This document shows positions 1-12,647 of a stretch of DNA of 64,000 nucleotides, in pieces. Position 1 is the stretch's first letter. Each line of letters opens with the position of its first letter. The notes below the pieces were generated by a model. It searched no databases and was not told where the DNA came from. It worked only from the letters and a program-made list of their open reading frames with translations. This DNA comes from Octopus sinensis. Lineage: Eukaryota. The DNA is taken from the NCBI RefSeq assembly GCF_006345805.1, contig NC_043002.1, positions 5,332,001-5,396,000 of the forward strand. Direction: 5' to 3'. Made by a program: the position numbers and the translations under genes.

Positions 1-10
1 TATATATATG

Positions 11-3000
11 ATTGATTGATTGATTGATTGATTGATTCTAGTTTCAGCTTATGAGCTGTGGCCATGCTGGGGCACCGCCATTTGGTGTTGCTACTTGGTT
101 TCACTTCATGGGGGCTTTCTAGCAACTACTATTTGGTGCATGAGAGAGTTCGATGCAGCTGCCCTCATCTGCCCCTCCTGCCGTGAAGTTGGTTCATCTG
201 GGACACCTGACAGGAAGAGATCCAGCTTCATTTTAAAGACATCTGTATCCACCCCATGCAGGTCTCTCAGGTTCTTCGGGAGGATATTGAAGAGCTGTGG
301 GCCTCGGAAGCCCAGGCTATCACAGAATCTTGTCCTACATCTTGATGGCAGGTTTGGAGTCCTAGGCACCACGCAGTGGCGCCTAATTCTGGCATTTGCG
401 TAACTCTCGATGCCAAAGTTTAGGACACTTCCCTCCAGGATCTTCCAGATGTATATTATGGCATATCTTTCCCGCCTACGCTCCAGGGAATATAATTTTA
501 ATCTCTTGAGTCTTTCCCAGTAGCTTATATTCTGCATAGAGGCTATCTTCTTCGTGTAGCTTCGTTGGATCGCCTCAAGTTCTGTGATCAACTTGACACT
601 GGATGGTGACCATAGCTGAGAGCAATAGTCAAAGTGGCTTAGGACAAGTGTCTTCCAGAGGACCATCATGGTTTCTTGTTCTCTTGTTCTAAAGGTTCTA
701 AGAATCCATCCAGCCACCGTCTACATTTCATTGTCAGTTTAGCAACATGTACATGAAAGGTCGCGTTATCACTCATGTGAATACCCAGGTCACGCACTGA
801 TTGTGCCTCTGGGATTGCAATCCCTCCGGGTCCAGTGTATTCATTGGGTATTGCATTCAGTTTTGCATGCTGATAGTATAAAGCTTGAAACTTTCCAGCA
901 TTGAACTGCATGCTATTCTTTTCAGCCCACTTGTATATTTCGTCCAGCTCACATTGCAGGTGTTTAGTGTCCTCAGGGTTCTGTATTGCCTGTGAAACTT
1001 TTGTATCATCTGCATAACTTGTGATCGTGGCTCTCTGCGTGGCTGAGGGCATGTCTGAGAGGGCCATTATGAACAGTAGTGGTCCCAGAACAGTGCCCTG
1101 CGGAACACCGCTCACTATTTGTGTGTTAATGGAAGTGGCCCCATTGGCTACTACCACCTGACTTCTATCCTTCAGAAAGTCATGAAGCCATTCTCCCAGT
1201 TTTCCAACTATGTTGAGATCACGCAGTTTGTGACATATCATTCCATGATCGACTTTATCAAAGGCCTTTGCAAAGTCGAGATATATCACTTCCACATTTG
1301 AGTGGTTGAGCAGCCGTTTCAGCACCCAGTCATAGTGTTGTAGGAGCTGAGTTAAACAGCTTCTCCCTGGTCGGAAACCATGTTGGGTGTCGGGAAGCAA
1401 GTCATTCTCTTCAAGGAAGGTGATCAGCTTCCTTCTGACTATTCGTTCCATGACCTTGCTGATGTGTGAGGTCAGAGATAGGTCTATAGTTCTTGGCTTC
1501 CGCTCTGCTACCTCCTTTATGAATGGGGCATATTTTACCTTCCTTCAGTTTTCCTGGAAGTTTGCCAGCTGCAAGGAAGCTCTGAAAGAGGAACTGCAGT
1601 GGTCTTGCTAGGACTCTCTTACATGCTTTTAGGAGGATTGCCGGGAATCCATCGGGGCCAGTAGCTGAGTCTGTTTTCATTTCATCTATAGCCTTGGTTA
1701 CATCGTCTTCCTTTATATCGATGTAATCTATCGTCGCCGCCTCTGATTTTATATCGGCAGTGGTAAAAAAGTCAGTTGGATTGGTGATTTGGAGATGCCC
1801 AAGGGGTGGAGTGAAAACACTCTTGAATTGCTCATTCAGTATTTTCGAGGAGTGGCCCTATTCTACAGTTCACTGTAGCTGTTTCTTTGGCATACCTGTA
1901 GAAAGCTCTGGGGTTAGATTTTATGTTTTCTATAGCCCAGGCTTCTTTGTCTGCTCTTTCTTTTTCATGGGAGAGTTGCAGACATTTTTCGATTTCCAAC
2001 AGTTTTATTTTTAGGCGGGACTTTTCACTGCTTTCAATCTGTTTGTTTAGGCGATTTGAAAATTTCGTAAGCCGTCTCATTAAAATTTTCCTCTCTCTGG
2101 GGATTTTGTTCTTGTGTACAGTGGCCTTTCTCTCTGGGACACATTTGTAGCATATGGCTTGCATTACAGACATGAATTGTTGAAGTTTCACGTCGATGTC
2201 TGGCGAGGAGAGACATTTAGGCCAGTTTTGTTTGAGGATCTCTTTCTCAATTTGTTTCCAGTTTGCCTTATGGTAGTTCAAGCTGGAAAGATTTTGAGGG
2301 TTTCTTGTAGGCTGCATGTCCGTGCTCTCTTTTGGCCCGTACATGGTCAGCTCTATCATGTTGTGATCCGAGAGTAGTGTCGGTGTCACTTTCACATTAT
2401 GGATGAGATCCATGTCATTTGTGAAGCAGAGATCCAGTGTGTTACCTGCCCTGGTTGGTTGGAGTATTACCTGCTCCATGTACAGGGTGTTGATGAGGTT
2501 CAGGAGGGACCTCGCCTGTCCTCGTTCACATCTTGTCATTCCTGGGAGAGAAAGGCCCTCGGGCCATCTGACATTGGGCAGATTGAAGTCTCCCATAAGA
2601 AGCACACCTATGTGTTGTTCTAATGTGGTTAGAATTTCTTCTATTTTTATAAGGCAGTCTTCAAACTTGCCCACATGGCTTGGGGCATCTGGAGGGCGAT
2701 ATGTAGCACACACAACTACATCAAGTTGCCTAATATGTACAATTAGTGTGTCACACACCGAGTTTGAGTATGACAAGAGGACCTGGGGTGTGAGGTCCTC
2801 ACGGATGTACATAGCAACACCTCCATGACTCCTTTCTTTCCTGTCGGTCCGTAGTACAGCATACTGTGGTATGTGTAACTCCGCATCTGCTATGTCCGGT
2901 TTCAGGTGCGTTTCTGTAAGTGCTATGCATAAGGCTTGATTGCATGCAACAAAGTCTCTCAGGAACGGGATCTTTGTCCTGTTACTGAGTGTTTGCAGTC

Positions 3001-3950
3001 CTCTGATGTTCAGTAGGAGCATCGAGGTGAGGTGTACGTTGTTGCCGGCGGTGTCCATCCTGTGTCTGTTTGCTGTGGTGGTCTGGTATATAGTGGGTAG
3101 TCCCACCTGCGGGCTTGGGTTTGATGAAGCCAGGTCAGCTGCTGTACAATCTTTTGTGCCATGCACAAAAAGATTGTTGCTCAGCAGCTGCTCTTTCGAC
3201 AACATCATGTTGGCGGTTTGTGGCGCGCACAACATCTGCGTACCTCCGCTTTGGGGAGGTGGTGCGTGGTCCATCCCTTTTCTTTGTGTTGATGGTTTGT
3301 CCATTTGCCTCGTGTCTCTGTGGCAGGGTCCCCGATGTGCAAAGCGGCAGCCTGCACCTTCCTTTCCATGCCAGCAGGAACCTCTCAGGTAGAACATACA
3401 CACCCGTGTGCGCTGTTTGGTTCCATCCTTTGCGGTTCCACTTCTATTCCTGGTTGTTTCACCCTTTGGTCCTGCTTGAGCTTTTTCTTTTCCTTTAGCT
3501 CTTCCAGTCCTTCTTTTAGTTCTTCTTCCTCCCTCTCTAACCTCTTCACCGGTTTCTCCGTCTCCATGGCCCTTGCTGCCGGTTGGAGAACTTGCACCTG
3601 GGTTCACTTCCCGGGCAGGTTTCTCATTCAAAACCTCCTCCCGGCGTCCACCAGGTGGGGGTGACTTCTTTCATCGTCTCCATTCTTGCCATCTTTGCCC
3701 CGCTCGTTCTCAAAGATGGCATCAAGTGCGCCAATGTGCGACCGTACAAGCGCATATGAGCGCACGAATTCCCGTCTCTTTCGCTCCATCTGAGCCGCTG
3801 TCCTCTTGTAGCCTCTGCTCTTCAGCGCAGCCGCAATCACCTCGCTAGGGCTATCTCCGCCGGCGCACTCCCATGCTTGTACGAATAAATCCAGCTCGTC
3901 AGGTCTCCATGCTCTGGACATGCTGGATAATCCGTCTATCCGTTTATCTA
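11..3950 (-). mobile_element. Near full-length, frameshifted CR1/L2-group LINE (APE endonuclease + RT) with (CAAT)n tail
   Basis: APE motifs (LLNIRGL, YRPP, GDFNLP, SDH) in ORF 1832-3631. RT motifs (QHGFRPGRSC, DFAKAFDKV, GVPQGTVLGP, YADD) in ORF 666-1451. CR1-type C-terminus (LERRRER) in 106-717. (attg)n at 11-37. Confidence 0.92.
3628..3921 (-). pseudogene. LINE ORF1 N-terminal piece, Myb/SANT-like (trihelix) domain
   Basis: WRPDELDLFVQAW ... VIAAALKSRGYKRTAAQMERK ... LDAIF resembles the W..EE...L...W ... IA..L...GY.RT..Q...K ... LD.I pattern; recognised by eye. Confidence 0.65.
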
Positions 3951-3984
3951 TCTAATTATGTTCGAGAGAAGACAGGAAGATATT

Positions 3985-4165
3985 AAGGCTAATTAGAAGA
4001 TAGAGTACTTGAAAAAGAAATATTAACAATATTAAAGTTTGTGGGTAAAAACGTTATTTAATCTTAAGGCTAATTAGGGGATAAAGTATCTGAAAATATA
4101 TTAGCAATATTAATATTATATTAGAGTGTGGGTAAAAACGTTGTTTAATCTTAAGGCTAATTAGG
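3985..4165. repeat. ~80-bp tandem repeat (about 2.5 units) upstream of the LINE ORF1
   Basis: ttaaggctaattag ... gtgggtaaaaacgtt.tttaatc recurs; possibly a LINE 5' UTR array. Confidence 0.6.
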
Positions 4166-4214
4166 AGATAGAGTAGATAGATAAGAAAGTTGGTTTGTGA
4201 AAGCACGTGGGTGA

Positions 4215-4815
4215 ATATATAGAAAATAGTAGAGTGAAAAAACGACAGAAGGCTTGAATGTTAAAAAATATATATATTTGCGTCAACATGTCTGAAGAAT
4301 ATTAGAAAATTAAAAAAAAAATTTTTTTCCCTCTTATAATGACATAAATTAAAAGAAATACCGGTTTCGCGTGTAGCTTTTCAAATTTCACATTTTACCA
4401 ATGTGCTTTCGGATCATCAACACAAATGAGACTGAACAAGGAAACATTCTTCATTGAAAAGTACAAACCCAGACTCAACCATCCGAACATACTGACACAG
4501 AGAAATTCACAAGGGAAAGGAAAAAAATTTTAAGCGATTATCTCCCTTACACCGGAAGAAATCACTCACTACCTCCCCTTATTTAGAAATCTCCTGAAAA
4601 AAACACAACGATACTCCATGCAATATAAACATAACGTCACAAGAAATTTGAAAAGCTACACGCGAAACGGTATTTCTTTTAATTTATGTCATTATAAGAG
4701 GGAAAACATTTTTTTTTAATTTTCTAGTATTCTTCAGACATATTGACGCAAATATATATATTTTTTAACATTCAAGCCTTCTGTCGTTTTTCCACTCTAC
4801 TATTTCTATATATAT
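4215..4815. mobile_element. Penelope-like element remnant with ~175-bp inverted arms
   Basis: Arms 4215-4389 and 4643-4815 are reverse complements. The spacer encodes MRLNKETFFIEKYKPRLN (4426-4479, +), resembling the E..FI....P.LN end of GIY-YIG endonucleases. Confidence 0.65.
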
Positions 4816-4931
4816 ATATATATATATATGATTAATAAATATCAGGGTAAGAACAAATTTTAGAAATTTTTTACTACCATTGGCCTAGCATCTAGAACAC
4901 TAGTCAATAGACTGGATATTATTCATATAAA

Positions 4932-5257
4932 TACAGTGTACATTTAAACACATAGGAGGTGACCATCATAGGAAACCTAGCATGCTAGAAGGAGTAGCCA
5001 AAATCCAAACCAGTATTAGGGATAAATTTCGAAGGGAATAAAGAATAAAAACATTTACCATCTATCTCCTGGACCATAGTTTCGACCTCTAAATTAGCAA
5101 ATAAAATAATTTACTAGGCGGAGCTTTCTTCAGTAGGTTTTTATTTTTCATTCCCTTCAAAATTCATCCCTAATAGTGGTTTGGATTTTTGGTTACTCCT
5201 TCTAGCATGCTAGGTGTCCTATAATGGTCCCTCTTATGTGTTTAAATGTACACTGTG
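4932..5257. repeat. Foldback with ~120-bp inverted arms around a hammerhead-like spacer
   Basis: 4932-5052 and 5137-5257 are imperfect reverse complements. Confidence 0.8.
5068..5137 (-). ncRNA. Type I hammerhead ribozyme-like relic
   Basis: CCUA CUGAAGA [stem II with inner UAGUAAAU/AUUUGCUA] GAAAC UAUG GUC CAGG; core intact, mismatches in stems I and II. Confidence 0.55.
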
Positions 5258-5263
5258 TATATT

Positions 5264-5329
<66 letters not shown>

Positions 5330-5369
5330 TATATATATATACATAATATATATACATATAGATATATAC

Positions 5370-5713
5370 ATACATACATCATACATACATACAAACATAC
5401 ATACGTACATACATACATACATACATACAAACAAACATACATACATACATACATAACATACATACATACATACATATACGGTGTTCGTATGAGTAATTGT
5501 GGATACATACGTATAAATGTACGTATACATAGTCATATAAATTTATATAGTTATGGTTATGTACATGTATATGTGCATACACATATGCATTATATATATA
5601 TATGCATATTGTATGCACATATACATGTACATAACCATAACTATATAAATTTATATGACTATGTATACGTACATTTATACGTATGTATCCACACATTACT
5701 CATACGAACACCG

Positions 5714-5745
<32 letters not shown>

Positions 5746-5890
5746 TGTATGTATGTATGTGTGTTTGTATGTATGTATGTATGTATGTATGTATGTATGT
5801 ACGTATGTATGTATGTATGTATGTATGTATGTATGTACGTATGTATGTATGTGTGTTTGTATGTATGTATGTATGTATGTATGTATGTAT
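5370..5890. repeat. Long palindrome centred near 5595, extended by (CATA)n/(TATG)n
   Basis: Unique arms 5469-5590 and 5600-5722 are near-perfect reverse complements. Confidence 0.85.
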
Positions 5891-6011
5891 AGATAGATAG
5901 ATAGATATATAGATAGATAGATAGATATATAGATTGAAAGAGAGAGAGAAAGAGATAAACTGTCCAACATATATGTGTATACATATATACATATGTGTGT
6001 GTGTATAGTGG

Positions 6012-6047
<36 letters not shown>

Positions 6048-6423
6048 GAAAGAGAGAATGAGAAAGAGAGAGTTTAAGAGATATAAATAAATATATAAAA
6101 TAATCACTAGACTAATATTACTGCCGTTTATATAACTCACATTTAGAATTCGTTAATTACCACAGCAGCATCAACATCAATATTAACATGAACGAACAAG
6201 AAGCTTGACAAATGAGAAATAGAATTCGAACTTGTCAGTATCAATTAAGTTATAACCATTTGCATACTGTCTATCGTTCATTAAGATATTTTTTAATTAT
6301 TCTCATTATCTTTACATCTGAAGTTTCCCCCGCTCCATCACCAACACTCATTTCCCTTACCACCTGATAATTTTTCACTGTTATTTTATCTGCACCAAAT
6401 GTTTCCTCTTCTTCCTCTCTTCA

Positions 6424-6477
<54 letters not shown>

Positions 6478-6886
6478 TCTCACTCTCTCACAATCTCTCC
6501 TCCTTTTATAATATTGGTTTCAAAATTTGACACAGGGCCAGCAACTTCTGGAAGGTTGTAGGTCGATTACATCGGCATGAAAGGCAAAGTCGACCTCGGT
6601 GGAGTTTGAACTCAGAACGTGGAAACGGACGAAATGCCGCTAAGCATTTGGTCCGGCGTACCAACGATTGTCAGATCGCCGCCTTACCTCCCTTTTAATA
6701 TTATTATAATTAAGGCAGTAAACACGCAGAATTGTTGAACAGCAGACAGCACTCCTTGTAGTATATTTTCTAAATCCTATAAGTTCTGAGTTCAGATCTC
6801 ACCATGTTCAACTTTGTCTTTTATCCTCCTGGATCCAATAAAATGCAACGATTCAAGTATCGGGTTGATGGTATCCACTAAAACTT

Positions 6887-7099
6887 AAGGCGACGAGCTG
6901 GCAGAAAGGTTAGCGCGCCGGGCGAAATGCTTAGCGGTATTTCGTCTGCCGTTACGTTCTGAGTTCAAATTCCGCCGAGGTCGACTTTGCCTTTCATCCT
7001 TTCGGGGTCGATAAATTAAGTACCAGTTACGCACTGGGGTCGATATAATCGACTTAATCTCTGTGTTTAGCCCCTTGTGGGTAGTAAAGAAATAGGTAT
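6887..7099 (+). mobile_element. tRNA-derived SINE with Deu/Nin-like central domain (family A)
   Basis: A/B-box-like head (agctggcagaa ... gagttcaaattcc), central gtcgactttgcctttcatcctttcggggtcgataaattaagtaccag, tail gaaataggtat. Other copies near 6540-6690, 32450-32640, 32810-33140, 34471-34704 (13-bp TSD tgtggagcattct), 40363-40780, 51845-52083 and 63289-63744. The domain name is assigned from memory. Confidence 0.8.
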
Positions 7100-7721
7100 C
7101 GACTAAAACCCCTCCCATCAAATTTGATAGGTTTATGCCTAAATTAAAAGCCACTGTTATTGTTTTTTGGTTTGAGCATCACGATTCTTGGCCTTTCCGT
7201 ATAACTGTCATTGTTATTGTCATTTTTGTTACATTTTGTAGCTATTGAGCGTTTTGCAGTGGAAAAATCCAGGAGAAGACGGATAGAAAAGGGATCGATA
7301 ATTTATTCTGTTCCTTGCAGGAATCAAATTCGTTGAGTATTTATATTTTTTCTGTCGAAAAATTCTGAATACTTAAATAAAATGCTCCCCAAAACATGGC
7401 GTCGAATATAATTGTGAACGAGGAAGTATTGTAAAGATGTGTTAGGAGATATTCTAAAAAAAGGGCCTCTTTCAATAGCTGAAAGTATGGAAGGGTTGGC
7501 ATGAGCGACAAACCTTCTCGCTAAAATTACTGCTTCTCCGTAATTGCAGTCGTAACAACCAAAAAACAGCCCCACCACCGACAACAACAACAACAGCAGC
7601 GAAAACAGTGAAAACCACCACCACCACCACCACTACCACTGCCATCCTTGATGGTATTTAGAAGAGGTAAATGTTATAGTAACAAGACATTGTTGTACTG
7701 AATAGAGAGACAGGAGCAGCA

Positions 7722-8067
7722 GGAGGCGCAATGGCCCAATGGTTAGGGCAGCGGACTCGCGGTTGGAGGATCGCGGTTTCGATTCCCAAACCGGGCGTTG
7801 TGCGTGTTTATTGAGCGAAAACACCTAAAGCTCCACGAGGCTCCGGCAGGGGGTGGTGGCGACCCCTGTTGTACTCTTTCTTCCTGTTTCTTGTCCCTGA
7901 CTTCCTACGCAACTGCTGAGCCTGGATGCGCATTCATCCATCCGTCGATGCTCTCGGTGTCGAGGGGGTTGACCTGCTTTCTCTTCTGCGGGTCTTACGA
8001 ATAGCAAAGGACCACGTTTCGGACTTCTCCCACTACAGGGACGAAGACCGCTTCGCTCAACAAACAA
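7722..8067 (+). mobile_element. tRNA-derived SINE (family B1) with (CAAA)n tail
   Basis: Head ggaggcgcaatggcccaatggttagggcagcggactcg ... gtttcgattccc; 12-bp TSD acaggagcagca at 7710-7721 and 8068-8079. Confidence 0.85.
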
Positions 8068-9996
8068 ACAGGAGCAGCAATGATTGATCGTATTGAAGAA
8101 CATAAGAAATTAAGAAAAATGGGTGGTGCATGTAATGAAAATCATGCTATGTTTGGGGCGGAGTGGCGTCAGAGGAGTTGACATGTTGCTGATTCTTAAA
8201 GAATGAACAAGGGTTCAATATTCTCCTATAAGGTTATTTCGAAAAGGTCTATCACGATGTGTGACAGGAGGTTTACTACATGGGCAATGTGAAGAGTATC
8301 GTACGATAAACTTATCTCCTCATAATGTACAGATTAGACATTGCTGTATGATTAAGAAGTTCACTTCGAGTTCAGTTCAGTTGTAAAGCACTTAGGGCGA
8401 GTGTCTTATACTACAGACCCAGGTTAACCAATGACTTCTGAGTGAATTTAATGGAAAGAAACTGTTTGGAAGCCCCTCATTTGTGTACGTGTCTACATTT
8501 TTGTGTTTGTCATTACTGCTTGGAAACTGGTGGGCTTTGTTTATGTTCCCTGTAGCATAGCAGTTTCGTAAAAAGAAACTGATAGAATAAATACCAGACT
8601 TTAAAATAAACAATGAAAAGGGAAAAGGCGAGAAGACAGTCGGCACTCTTGCGATATTTGAAACCCATAAGTTTTCAGATATGAGATAAAGAAATGTGGC
8701 GTGGACGAGGATGTGGCCTCGTGGATGATTTTAACGTCTGTAGGAAACGGGGAAATTGGAGGAGATCGTCCTGTTCTTACACTGGGAAACTGCTTGTGTT
8801 GCGCCGATCTTCCTTTGTCATCATTGGCTGTTATGCTTTTGTAGTGTCGTGTGATGCCACCGGATTCTATGAGTATGGCTCTGTATACTACGGCCTTTGA
8901 GAGACAGTGACCTCCCAATGGGCAAGAAAATACAACTAACTATTTTATTTATTTCTCTCTCTGCTGCAACAATGATAGGATTTCAGACTTGATGCTTGAG
9001 TGTTCATGGTTGGGTGGGGACTTTAAGCAGGACCACCCACTCAATGACCTCAGGTCACATCATTAAGATGTCAGAGCCATCAATAAAGCTAAGGCTTTTG
9101 CAGTTATGGCTGAAAACAAGGTGTATGCTTCCAGAAATTTCTTGACCTGGCAGTGATCATGATTGAAGAAAAGCTTTGCAAAACCAGAAGTACAGTCAGT
9201 ATGATTTGTCCAGAGTGTTCTGAGAGCTACGAAACCGATTTTACGCCGTCGTCAAGTATCCAAAATTACTGTCCCGTGGAAATACATCGAATGGTCGTTA
9301 CGTATGCTGGGCGGATCCGGCTATGAGCCGATTCTCATGCTAAGGGCGCTCAACCGACTTCTTTTTGAACGCATATGAAAGTATCGAAGACAGAACTCTA
9401 TATCGTCAATGAAACCCTCATCGATTTCTCGAAGAGAGTTTCCAAATGAAAGATCGCCCTGTTCTTACACCTGAGAAAATGCTTGTGTTGCGTTAATCTT
9501 ACTCCGACATCATTGGTCGTTGGTTAAGCCCCTTAGTGTCTAGTGATACCACCAGATCATATACTCATATGATCTGGTGGCATCACTAGACACTACAGGG
9601 GCTTAACAACCAACGATGTCGTAGAACATTGCGTTTAAGAGACAAGGACCTCCCAGTGGGCAGTTGGTCGGATTCTGAATGTTACAAGTTGGGGTGTTCT
9701 ACGTAAGGACACGGAAAACTTCACCTTCCTATCCTGCTTCGTTTGGTAACTCCAAGACCAACGAAATTATTTATCCAACATAATATGGAAAATACACAAG
9801 CAAGCACACAAGTGTGCATGACTCTCTCTCTCTCTCTCTCTTTGTATATATATATTCATACACACACACATACACACACAAATATATATATACGATGGGC
9901 TTCTTTCAGTTTCCGTCTGCCAAATCCATTCACAAGGCTGGACTCGATACCATGTGGTTGGGAAGCAAGCTTCTTACAACACAGCCACACTGCACC

Positions 9997-10083
<87 letters not shown>

Positions 10084-10474
10084 GTGTGTGTATATATAGT
10101 ACAAAGTAAGATAGGGGTAATGGGTGTAACCCAATATGGGATATCATTTATCCAATATACAGTTGGTAAAGTACCCAAATTCTTAAAACATAAATGTTTT
10201 TAATTGCAATGCAATTAATTCATTTATAGTATTAAACGAGTAAAGGTAAAGAAATATTTTTACCGTAAATTTCTAATACAAATAAGAAAATGGAAAAACA
10301 AATTTGGTTTCTTCATTAACTTACGGATATTATAATGTTGGATTATTTATTCATTCTACAAATGAGAACATCAAAAGCATACAAAAATATTATATAAATC
10401 CATAGAAAAGATAATAATACAAATACAGATTTTAAAAGTCATATTATAAATTAATTAAATCCTAAAAATTACTT

Positions 10475-10603
10475 CTTACAGCTGTTTCAGCCTATGGTCA
10501 AAAGTAAATCTAATTTTCATTGCCTATAGAAGTCAACTTACGAAGGTTGTAGGCATTTAAAAATAATATTTATATGTTAAAAAACCATAGGCCTTGTCAG
10601 AGG
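10475..10603 (-). ncRNA. Hammerhead-like relic with long stem II
   Basis: CUGACAA (G8 to A) GGCCUAUGGU ... ACCAUAGGCU GAAAC AGCU GUA; self-complementary helix III (ACAGCUGU); weak stem I. Confidence 0.5.
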
Positions 10604-10643
10604 TTATAATTAACATAAATACATACATACACACACACATACG

Positions 10644-10677
<34 letters not shown>

Positions 10678-10792
10678 CATACACGCATGCAGACATACAT
10701 ACATCCATACATACATACAAACATACATACAAACATACATACAAACATACATACAAACATACATACATGCATACATACAAACATACATACAA

Positions 10793-10825
<33 letters not shown>

Positions 10826-12129
10826 CATGCATACATTCATACATACTTACATACATACAAACATACATACACATATACATACATACAAACATACATACAT
10901 GCATACATTCATACATACATACATGCATACATACATACATACATACATACATACATACATACATACATACGTACGTACATACGCACGGACGGACGGACGG
11001 ACGGACGGATATACAGAATTTTAGAACTTAAATAAGTCCGACAGGTTTTGGCCGTTGTCGGCCTAAGCCATGTCTGATTCAATAACACCACCTGTGGTGG
11101 TCTTTTTAAGTTTTAAGACATCATAAGTCACTCGAGTAGGCAGTTGCTTACTGAGATGTACCCAAGGGTCGATGGTTTGGCAAGTGTTTATCGGTGGAAT
11201 TTGTCCTGCTACTGTTTGAATGTTACGGGGGTCTTCTTTTTCTTTGATTTCCTTCAGAATAATGTTGGATATGGTAGGATCAGTTGAGGTAAATAAAGGT
11301 CGTGCTGCAATGAAACATAATTCTGGGACCAAACCTTCGGTGGCTTGTGAACTCGATACAGGTATCGCTTGGACTGTGTTAGGATATTTTTCACATTGTA
11401 GAAATGATGCAGCGCTTACGTCGGCGTTGGGGAGAATGAAGTCTGAGATTTTTGAGACGATCTGCGGCGCCCTCCATTGGTCAGTTAAAGTTGAGACAGT
11501 GTCACGTGACAACTTACTGGGGTTGCCTGCTGGAGCCTAGCAGCAGGTATTTAAAGGGAAATTTGACAAGACAGGTAGTCGCCCGCTGACACTCGTTGAC
11601 GCTACATCGAAGAGGCCAGGGAATAGAAGAAAAAAAAGGAGAAAGACATGCACCCAACACCAGAGCTGAAGACGCCTCCGAAGGGGGGGGGGCACGTCAA
11701 AACGGTAGAGGATTAGGGGCCCAAACCGGACGTTGTTCCTCCTGATGATGTCTTGAGCTAACTGGATCCCATAAAGGAGCTGTTGTGGTAGCAGACCACG
11801 AAACACAGTTGTAATTCCTCAGCTGGCCATAGCATTTATTTATATGCTTATTTGTGGTCGATCTTTGAGGTCTTCAATACTGAAAATATTTTGTTTTGTA
11901 TACGGACCAAAGGATGCAGCAAATATTCAAGGTGAAACTTAGAAAACTTTAAGAAGAAAAGACTGGCATCAGGGTTTTAGGAGTGGAAAATTCTAAAGAT
12001 CCATGAGCACATTCTTCGAGCCATACCAACTTTATTTTTGTATGTGCTCTCCAGCTTAGGTTGTTGATCAAAGTTATTCCTAAGATCTGAGATCCGACAC
12101 ACCACCAAAGTACGGATCTACCAGGCACT

Positions 12130-12647
12130 AGTGCGAACGATTCTCCTTTACGGCAGCGAGTCATGGCCAATGAGGGTGGAAGATATTAAGCGACTAGAAT
12201 CCTTCGATCACCCCTGTCTACGCCGCATCCTTCGTGTCCGATGGCATCACTTTGCCTCCAACAATTCGGTGCGACACCAGTGCAGAATCACCTCCCTCCG
12301 ACAAGTCATCCTAACGAGACGTCTGTGTTGGCTGGGTCATGCCCTCCGTCGTCAACCAGGAGAATTCATTTACGAAGCAATTGCCCCAGCCCCCCTTCTG
12401 GGTTGGCGAAAGCAATGTGGTGGACAACGAAAAACCTGGCTGATGACGGTCAAGGCTGATCTGGAACCCAACCTAGGCCCCCATATCTACGGCGTTCGCC
12501 GCTGGAATAAGGAGTGGTTGCAGATCACGCGGTCGTTAACCTCAAATCGCCAGGCCTGGTCGGCGTTTGTGAGAGATGCAGCATTGAGGATGAATGAAGC
12601 CAGCTCAACCCACCCCGGGTGAATGCTGTCTCGAGTCAAGTCAAGTA
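12130..12647 (+). mobile_element. RTE-clade LINE 3' fragment
   Basis: ORF 12131-12622 (LLYGSESW ... CLRRILRVRW ... WLGH ... R..W) is the typical RTE ORF2 C-terminus; (tcaag)n tail. Confidence 0.85.

Noticed and set aside
5214-6140. Many ORFs rich in Y/I/M/C/V/H/T (also at 9.7-11, 13-16.8, 27.7-32 and 45.5 kb)
   Set aside because: Translations of (TA)n, (CATA)n and (TG)n microsatellites; not genes.
7324-7593. Non-repetitive ORFs at 7324-7593 (-) and 22017-22337 (+)
   Set aside because: No recognisable motif and no supporting splice partners; lengths are within what chance gives.
7722-7795. tRNA-like heads as tRNA genes (also 39750-39816 and 49469-49540)
   Set aside because: Each continues into a SINE body and tail (two with clear TSDs) and none shows a clean acceptor stem.
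9218-9245. CUGAGAG ... GAAAC (also the CUGAUGA at ~59199 and the CUGAAGA at ~14550) as hammerheads
   Set aside because: A core nucleotide or GAAAC is missing and no stem I complement is present.
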